NCBI GenBank assembly: GCA_020184695.1
Contig: JAANOX010000075.1
Coordinates: 1 to 64,000 of the forward strand
Source: Histomonas meleagridis 2922-C6/04-290x
Taxonomy: Eukaryota > Protista > Parabasalia
Length of the DNA: 64,000 bases
Reading direction: 5' to 3'
Shown here: positions 57,280-64,000 of the stretch, piece after piece
Position numbering within the stretch: position 1 is the first letter of the stretch
Layout: every line of letters begins with the position of its first letter
Program-made: the position numbers and the translations under genes
The notes under the pieces: model-generated
Told to the model about the DNA's origin: nothing
Database searches by the model: none
Seen by the model: only the letters and a program-made list of their open reading frames with translations

Positions 57280-58212
57280 TCACATGAAGTAACCCGGGAC
57301 TTTATCGTTTGGCACAGTTCTCAAATGCTGTGGCACGGCCTCAAATATCTTAAAATCATAGTTCAAATTCTCATCTATAGCCATAATCGACGCCTTATTT
57401 CCAGATCTATACATATAATTTGGCGCCGACCAAACGGTCACAAGTTGATTATCTCTAAAGTGCCATTGATAGCCCTCCATTTGTAGCTGGTGGGCACGCG
57501 CTATGAACTTTAGGCGATTGTTATGACAAAATTCTTTGGTCGGTCGAACTCCAAATAAATATCCGGCACCTCGCAAATTAGTTCCCCAGCCATCAATATC
57601 GTCGGGATCACTCCAACACATATCAGAGATGGGTCCATTGGTTGGAATTTCTTGGCGGCGTTCAAATAATGCAACTTGATCAACTAATTTAATCGATGGA
57701 CTTAAACCTCCATGTACGCAGAAGATTTGGTTGTCTATAAGGGCTGCAATGGGTAACATGTCAAATAATTCATTGCACATTTTCCATGGTCCTACATGTC
57801 CAAAATGAAATAGACTTTCTTCATAAAAACCATATAATGTATTAACTTGTCGGCATTCATGGTTTCCTCGAAGCATGTAAAATCGGTCAGGATATTTAAC
57901 TTTATATGATAAAAGTAATGCAAAGGTTTCGACTGAATAATAACCACGATCTACATAGTCGCCTAAAAAGAGATATTTAGTTTCGGGCGGATCTCCACCA
58001 ATTTCAAAGAGACGAAGGACATCATAAAATTGGCCATGAACATCACCACAAATAGTAATAGGTGTATTGATACTAAGAAGTGTTCCTTCTTGGAAAAAGA
58101 TTTCAGTAGCCTTCTTGCATAGTTCTACAAAATCTTTCTCTTCAAACGGCTGATGGTTTTTGAGATTGCTGATGAGTTTATCGATATCGAAGCTCATTTC
58201 TTTGGCGGCCAC
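57280..58212 (-). CDS. PP2A-family Ser/Thr phosphatase catalytic subunit (PP4/PP6-like)
   Basis: GDVHGQF, GDYVDRG, RGNHE, VHGGLSP, WSDP, RAHQL and SAPNY motifs; C-terminus PGYFM. Confidence 0.92.
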   Translation of the reverse strand: MAAKEMSFDIDKLISNLKNHQPFEEKDFVELCKKATEIFFQEGTLLSINTPITICGDVHGQFYDVLRLFEIGGDPPETKYLFLGDYVDRGYYSVETFALLLSYKVKYPDRFYMLRGNHECRQVNTLYGFYEESLFHFGHVGPWKMCNELFDMLPIAALIDNQIFCVHGGLSPSIKLVDQVALFERRQEIPTNGPISDMCWSDPDDIDGWGTNLRGAGYLFGVRPTKEFCHNNRLKFIARAHQLQMEGYQWHFRDNQLVTVWSAPNYMYRSGNKASIMAIDENLNYDFKIFEAVPQHLRTVPNDKVPGYFM

Positions 58213-58620
58213 CGATCAAAATTGCTTCAAAAGCAAAACCGATAACGTTAAACAATTGAAAAATTCACTCTCAAAACTTCGATTTTTTGCAAATTCCACC
58301 ATCGCATTATTTCACATCCTTACCAAATTACAGTTCGAACATTTTGCACTATAGCTTTATCAATTAAACAAAAATCCAAACGAAATTTCATGTAACATAT
58401 CGATAATTAACAACTTCATTAAACATTAACAAATCATTTAAAAAAACAATTTGAATTTTATTTAATCGCAAGAGACAAAACACAAACAATTACAAATTTA
58501 ATTAATAAAAAGAGATCACGGACAAATCCAAGTGATGACGCGCATAAACCATACAAAAGTTATCATGGCGACCGTTTATCTCGAAACGGTTTTAGATAAC
58601 CGGCCACTTTATCTTTCTAA

Positions 58621-60231
58621 ATGCCTACAAAGCAGACATTCCAAGGATTCTTTAAAGATGGAACACGTTACTTCAACGGCACAGATGAAGTTCTTCTTCG
58701 TAATATTGATGCTGTTGTAGATCTTAGTGAATTAACACGAACATCACTTGGACCGAATGGGATGAAGAAAATCATCAAGAATCACTTCGGCAAACTTTAT
58801 GTCACTGGTGATGCAGCCACAATCCTTAAAGAAGCCGAAGTACAACATCCAGCGGCTAAAATGTTAGTTTCAGCATCACAAATGCAAGCCGAACAAATCG
58901 GCGATGGAACAAATCTTGTTCTTGTATTTGCAGGTGAATGTCTTTCACGTGCAGCCGAACTTGTTCGTGCAGGAATTAATACCAAAGATATTGTTGCTGG
59001 TTACCAAGCAGCTTTAGCCAAAGCACTTGAGATTTTACCAACACTTACACTCAACAAGCAAATAGATCTTATGAACCAAGACAATGTAGCAGAGGCATTA
59101 AAGACATCTCTTTCATCACATCAATTTCTCGATGCAGACCATCTTTCGAAACTTGTTGCATCCGCATGTATCAATGCCAACCAACGCGCAGGAGTTAAAT
59201 TCTCAGTTGATAATGTCCGTGTTGCAAAAGCACTTGGCGGATCAGTCAATGACTCATATTTTGTTAAAGGATTTGTTGTCCAACGAGAAGTAATGGGAAC
59301 AATTCGTCGTATGGAGAATTGTAACATTGCTGTATATTCGACATCATTTGATTTACCCGAATCGGACACAAAAATGCAAACCATCTTTACAAATGGTGAA
59401 GAAATGACCAAATTTAACTTATCAAAGGAACAACGAATGAATGAAATTGTTTCATCAATCGCAGAGAAAGGTATTAATGTTGTTGTTTGCCAATCAAAGA
59501 TTACTGAATTAGCGATGCATTATTTGGAACAACATAAAATAATGGCGTTACAACTTCCATCGAATTGGGATATTAGAAGATTATGTCGAGCAGTTAGAGC
59601 TATTCCATTATTACGTATTGCTCCGCCAACAGAAGATGAAATTGGTCATTGTCCACTTGTCGAAGTTACTGAAGTCGGATCAACGCCATTAGTTTCATTC
59701 ATTGCTGATGGAGGCGTTTCCACAATAGTCATTCGAGGTGCGACGCCGAATGTTATGGAAGATGTCGAAAGATCTATTGAAGACGCTGTTAATAGTTATT
59801 TGGTAATGACAGAATACCCACAGTTAGTTGCAGGCGCAGGTGCGTGCGAAATGGAATTATCGACGCAAATCGCAAAATGGGCTGAAAGTAGACCTGGAAT
59901 GGATCAATACGGCGCAAGGAAATTCGCAGAAGCTTTGGAAGTAGTGCCAAAAACGATCGCAGAAAATTCGGGACTAAAGATATCAGAGTTTATGGCGAAG
60001 CTCAGAGCCGCACATAATAAGGGCGAGAAGAACGCTGGCGTGGATGTTGTGGAGTTAAAGGTCGAAGACGCAGAGAAAATGGGTGTGTATGACATAGCTC
60101 ATGTGAAGGAATGGGCTTTGAAGTTCGCTATAGAGGTTGTTGTAACTATTTTACGCGTTGATCAGATTTGTATGGCTAAGCCAGCAAATGGACCGGCGCC
60201 AAGATCACCAGAGGCAAGAGACATTGACTAA
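58621..60231 (+). CDS. CCT8: Chaperonin CCT/TRiC theta subunit
   Basis: TSLGPNGMKK, VTGDAATIL, QHPAAK, GDGTN, LVAGAGACEMEL, LRVDQICMAKPANGP. Confidence 0.93.
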   Translation: MPTKQTFQGFFKDGTRYFNGTDEVLLRNIDAVVDLSELTRTSLGPNGMKKIIKNHFGKLYVTGDAATILKEAEVQHPAAKMLVSASQMQAEQIGDGTNLVLVFAGECLSRAAELVRAGINTKDIVAGYQAALAKALEILPTLTLNKQIDLMNQDNVAEALKTSLSSHQFLDADHLSKLVASACINANQRAGVKFSVDNVRVAKALGGSVNDSYFVKGFVVQREVMGTIRRMENCNIAVYSTSFDLPESDTKMQTIFTNGEEMTKFNLSKEQRMNEIVSSIAEKGINVVVCQSKITELAMHYLEQHKIMALQLPSNWDIRRLCRAVRAIPLLRIAPPTEDEIGHCPLVEVTEVGSTPLVSFIADGGVSTIVIRGATPNVMEDVERSIEDAVNSYLVMTEYPQLVAGAGACEMELSTQIAKWAESRPGMDQYGARKFAEALEVVPKTIAENSGLKISEFMAKLRAAHNKGEKNAGVDVVELKVEDAEKMGVYDIAHVKEWALKFAIEVVVTILRVDQICMAKPANGPAPRSPEARDID

Positions 60232-60349
60232 AGACAAATTAAATTAAATCCATTTTGGTGTCATCTCAGATTAGTTATTTCATTTTGATTTTTTATTGAC
60301 TTTAAGACGTCTGAAGCACGCGCCACAGTGGGCGCCACACATCTGGGCA

Positions 60350-61473
60350 ATGAAGGCTTGTGATTGATACTTTATGGCTTATTCTTGTCTCTCCGCACTA
60401 TTTTTCAATCGCGCAGGAATCGACGGCCGTTGTGTCACTGGAAGATTACCAGAAGGCGGACATGTATGGAATTGGCTTGAACTTGCTGGTGATTGGTACG
60501 CTTACGATAGCACAGGATCTTCAGAAAGATTCTTCATAATGGGAATTAATACGACTTTTCATACTTCAATATATTCATATACTAAGGGTCAATTAGATTA
60601 TACTCTTCCAGTTAGTGTTGAGCTTTATCAATATAAAGCATATTTATCTGATCCACCGAAAGGTATGCCAGTTTTATATCAAAAAGAAGCAACAGATTCT
60701 GGTAGAATTGGATCGAATCTTAAGTGGATATTAGAAAATGGACTTCTTACTATTAAAGGAAATGGAGAAATGCGTGATTTGGAAAACGAAACACTTGTTC
60801 CATGGAAGAATTTCACTGGTAATATTACAAATCTTGAGATTGAAGAAGGTGTTACATCTATTAGAGCTTATGCATTTTATAATGTTAAGGGTCTTACATA
60901 CGAAAATTGCACGGATAAATTGGATTCAATTAAAATAATTGGTGAAAAGGCATTTTCTGATATGGAGAATGTTCTTCAAGTTTTAAAAGAGAAAGGGTTA
61001 AAGACAATCGATGATTTAAAGTTTTTAGAAGAAAATGCTAAAACTGAAATTTTTATAAAATACAAATATCAAATGCAACCTCACAAAAACAATTAAATGA
61101 AATTCTTAAAGATGCAAAAAATAAATTAAATGAAAATGAAAAATCACAAAAAACAAATGCAAAGAATAAAATTAATCAATTAACTTTTCTTGGAAGTGAT
61201 TTAATTAAAGATTATGAAGAAGAAATCGATCAAGCAACAGATATTGAAGCAATTAATAAAATTGTTGAAAAAGCGCAATCACAAAACGAAGAATTAGAAA
61301 CGAATAAAAAACAATTAGCAAAAGAAGAAATCCAAAAGTTGGAAAAATTGGGCGATTTGCAAAAAGAGTATATCGAAAGATTAAATAAGGCTCAAACAGA
61401 ACAAGAACTTAATCAAATTTTAGAAGAAGCGAAAGCTAAAAATGAAGAAATAAATTTTAAACAAAATAAATAA
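60350..61473 (+). pseudogene. Bacterial-type transglutaminase-like domain, LRR cap and 3 GA-module-like repeats (5'-truncated, frameshift near 61060)
   Basis: ACD*...AYSCLSALFFNRAGI...GHVWN...YDST; SGRIGSNLKWILENGLLTIKGNGEM...PW...IEEGVTSIRAYAFY. From 61063 an unlisted frame reads NAKNKINQLTFL...IDQATDIEAINKIVEKA / AKEEIQKLEKL...LNKAQTEQELNQILEEAK to TAA 61471-61473. Confidence 0.7.
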
Positions 61474-61475
61474 AT

Positions 61476-62917
61476 ATCTTTATCATTAATATCAATTCCT
61501 TCTTGTTCAAGAAGTATTTTAACTATTTCGGTGTAACCAAATTCAGATGCACAAATAAGTGCTGTTTCAAATAATTCCCAAATAAAAATTTTAAAATATT
61601 AAATTATTGTAAAAAATATTATATTAAACAAATAAATATTTTTAGCATTAATATCAATTCCTTCTTGATTTAAAAGATATTCAACGAGTTCAATGTTCCC
61701 TAATTCGGGAGAGTATGCAAAAATATTTTTTGGAATTGTATTTTCTTTCAGAAAATACTTAATGAGATAAAGATTTCCAATTTTTACCATATTATTGAGA
61801 ATATTTTCATTTATTTTCATTCCATTTTTCTGTAAAAACATAAAAACTTCAATGTTCCAAAACATAATACATAGAGAGCCTAATTTTTCTATATCATCAA
61901 TTTCGACAATTTTATTTTCATAAGGATATTTAAAAATATCATTTCGATGAAATTCAATTGCTGTTTCATATGCATCTTTAAATGATGAATGATTTTGTTC
62001 ACATAAATGAATAATTTCTTCATTTCCACCTGCAATTGCATATTTACCTGTGTTTTCTACTTTAGCACCATTCATAAGTAAATATTTAAAACATTTAATT
62101 GAAGAAAAAATGCTGCATAATCAATTAATGAGACATTTTCTTCATTAATAAATGAACATCTTTCATAAAGTGATGGTTTAATTGTTTGATTAAAATCAAA
62201 TTTTGGTTGTGATGTTATTTCTTGAAGTTTTTCAATTTCATCATTTCGAATTATTTTTGCAATTTCATTTGGATTATGTCCTTCTTTGATTAATTTCTTA
62301 TGAAGTTCCCATTCATTCTTTGATAATTCTTCATAATTAGCAATGATTTGGTTAAAAGAGCTAAAATTTTTTTGTTTATAAATTTCTTCTTTAGACATAT
62401 AATGGATAAAATATGGATTTTTCTCATCTTACAATATTTTTAGATCAAGAATATTATTTTCATACATTTTCAAAAGTGGATAATATAATTTTTGCTCGTA
62501 AATTCCTGTGTAATTTGGATCGAGGTCAATAAATTTTGCAAAAAGAAGGAAATTAGTAAAAACATCAAAAATTTTAGATTTGACTTTATTGGTTTCTTGA
62601 AATTTTTCAATTTCTTTCATAAAATTCAAATATATATCGAAATCATTCTTTTCAATAAAAATACAGATAATAACATAATGACTCATAACGGCATTAAATG
62701 AATATGGATAACTATAATCAAATATGGAAATAATTGATTGAGCTGCTTGAGAAATATTTTCTTTATTTAAACCAAATATGATTTGTTGAATTGATTTAAT
62801 GATTTTCATTTCTTTTGTTCCTGGTTTTTGATTGTTTTCTTGTAAGTTACTCTTTTTCTCCAAAAAAAAAAAAAAAAAAATGTCAGTTTTAACTCCCCTC
62901 AAATCAATTTGCCACAC
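61476..62917 (-). pseudogene. Near-intact DUF3447-ankyrin gene with inserts
   Basis: ORFs 62429..62917 and 62072..62398 are in the same frame, separated by one TAA; a one-base shift near 62105 leads to 61599..62075. Then a 72-nt insert (61566..61637) and the 90-nt segment TALICASEFGYTEIVKILLEQEGIDINDKD (61476..61565). Confidence 0.8.
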
Positions 62918-63510
62918 GTCATCTCATATAAATAGATTTTATCAAGGGCTATGAAATGTAAAGGGAAATAGGCTGAGAAAAAAATTATTACGTTTACAAG
63001 CTATCATTTATTTATGGTAATCTTTAATTAAAAATTTCTTGAGTGTGAAAGCAAAATTTTTTATAGACATTATAAAGCATTAATTTAATTATAATTTTTT
63101 TTCATTCTTTGTGTGGAATATATAATATAACAATGTAAAGTTAATAGAGCAAATGCAAGTATTGCTTTCTATTCTAGAATTAATAATACAACTACTGAAA
63201 GTCTTAAACCTACACATCATATGTAAATAAGGTGCTCCCCAACCTGATACTGGTATCTTTAAAGCGGAGTCTAAAAAAAAACATAAATTTTCAAAATAAT
63301 TTTTAAATATAAAATCTCATAAATGTAAGTATTATAACAATAATAGATCTTTAATAAATAATAAAACTTTTATTGAGGAGTTACAAGATTTATAACAAAA
63401 TAAATAATATTACGACAAAAATGTCACTCATAAAAAAAAGTAAATACAATAAGCGATGGTTTACATAGCAACATATTAAAAGTTAATTTATCTTCATAAT
63501 GTTTTATATG

Positions 63511-63873
63511 TTACGCTGAAAGTTGTTTTTCTTTACCCCGAGGACAACTACAAAACGGACACAAAATAAGAATTACATCCAGTACAAATGAAATGACATA
63601 TAAATAAAAGAACGCTTCGATGCTTGAGTGATATTTATTACATGTTTCTTTATCAAATCGCAATGCTTGTGTTTGGATATTTCTGATGCTTGAACACTTA
63701 TTTGGTGCTGAATAAGCAAAATAGCATATATCTGATGATAAATTGAATAATAGAATTAAAAATAATATAATTAAATAAATGTGGTATATCCTACCAGGGA
63801 TTTTTTGACGGATTTTGATTGGAATAATCAAGAAAATTATAATAAAAAGGCAAGAACAATTGGTGACACTCAT
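63511..63873 (-). CDS. Small Cys-containing multi-pass membrane protein
   Basis: 120-aa ORF with 3 hydrophobic segments and a CPFCSC motif near the C-terminus. Confidence 0.5.
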   Translation of the reverse strand: MSVTNCSCLFIIIFLIIPIKIRQKIPGRIYHIYLIILFLILLFNLSSDICYFAYSAPNKCSSIRNIQTQALRFDKETCNKYHSSIEAFFYLYVISFVLDVILILCPFCSCPRGKEKQLSA

Positions 63874-64000
63874 GAAATTTTAGTCATAACATATAAAATA
63901 TACAAGTTGTAACTAATGTTTTCAGAATCTATTGAGTAATCATATCTAATTTTACTCCAATGAATTCCAGACAAAATAGTAAATGCAATGCAACAAATGA

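Noticed and set aside
1-64000. tRNA/rRNA genes and intact transposase or reverse transcriptase
   Set aside because: None recognised by eye; tRNAscan, Infernal and TE HMM searches would be needed to exclude them formally.

Overview
AT-rich eukaryotic genomic DNA from a parabasalid (Trichomonas/Tritrichomonas-like). This is inferred from a full-length IBP39 initiator-binding protein, a trichomonad-type alpha-actinin, BspA-type LRR surface genes, DUF3447-ankyrin genes and Inr/M3/M5-like core promoters. The window is mostly compact, apparently intronless housekeeping genes: ODA-DC coiled coil, TBC RabGAP, AP-3 delta, Vps33, V-ATPase C, SEL1-like, uL15, an unlisted 25-aa eL41, alpha-actinin, exportin-like, PP4/PP6-like and CCT8. 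These are interleaved with at least eight mostly decayed DUF3447/ankyrin loci. The main unexplained structure is in those loci. Every ankyrin repeat (30 clean codons, T-A/P-L...GIDINAKD) is separated from the next by a length-conserved, very AT-rich insert of about 80 nt at the same site, the D-x-x-G-x-T hairpin. This gives a 170-nt, frame-breaking period. No GT-AG or AT-AC pair restores the frame and there is no parabasalid ACTAAC branch motif, but there is a semi-conserved internal hairpin. The insert is a candidate non-canonical intron or recoding element; dead tandem amplification is the alternative. Also notable are a bacterial-type transglutaminase-LRR-GA-module gene remnant, two chimeric BspA genes sharing a near-identical cassette, and several single-base frame breaks that may be assembly errors. 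No rRNA, tRNA or CRISPR array was recognised. All family calls are by eye from motifs; no database searches were run.
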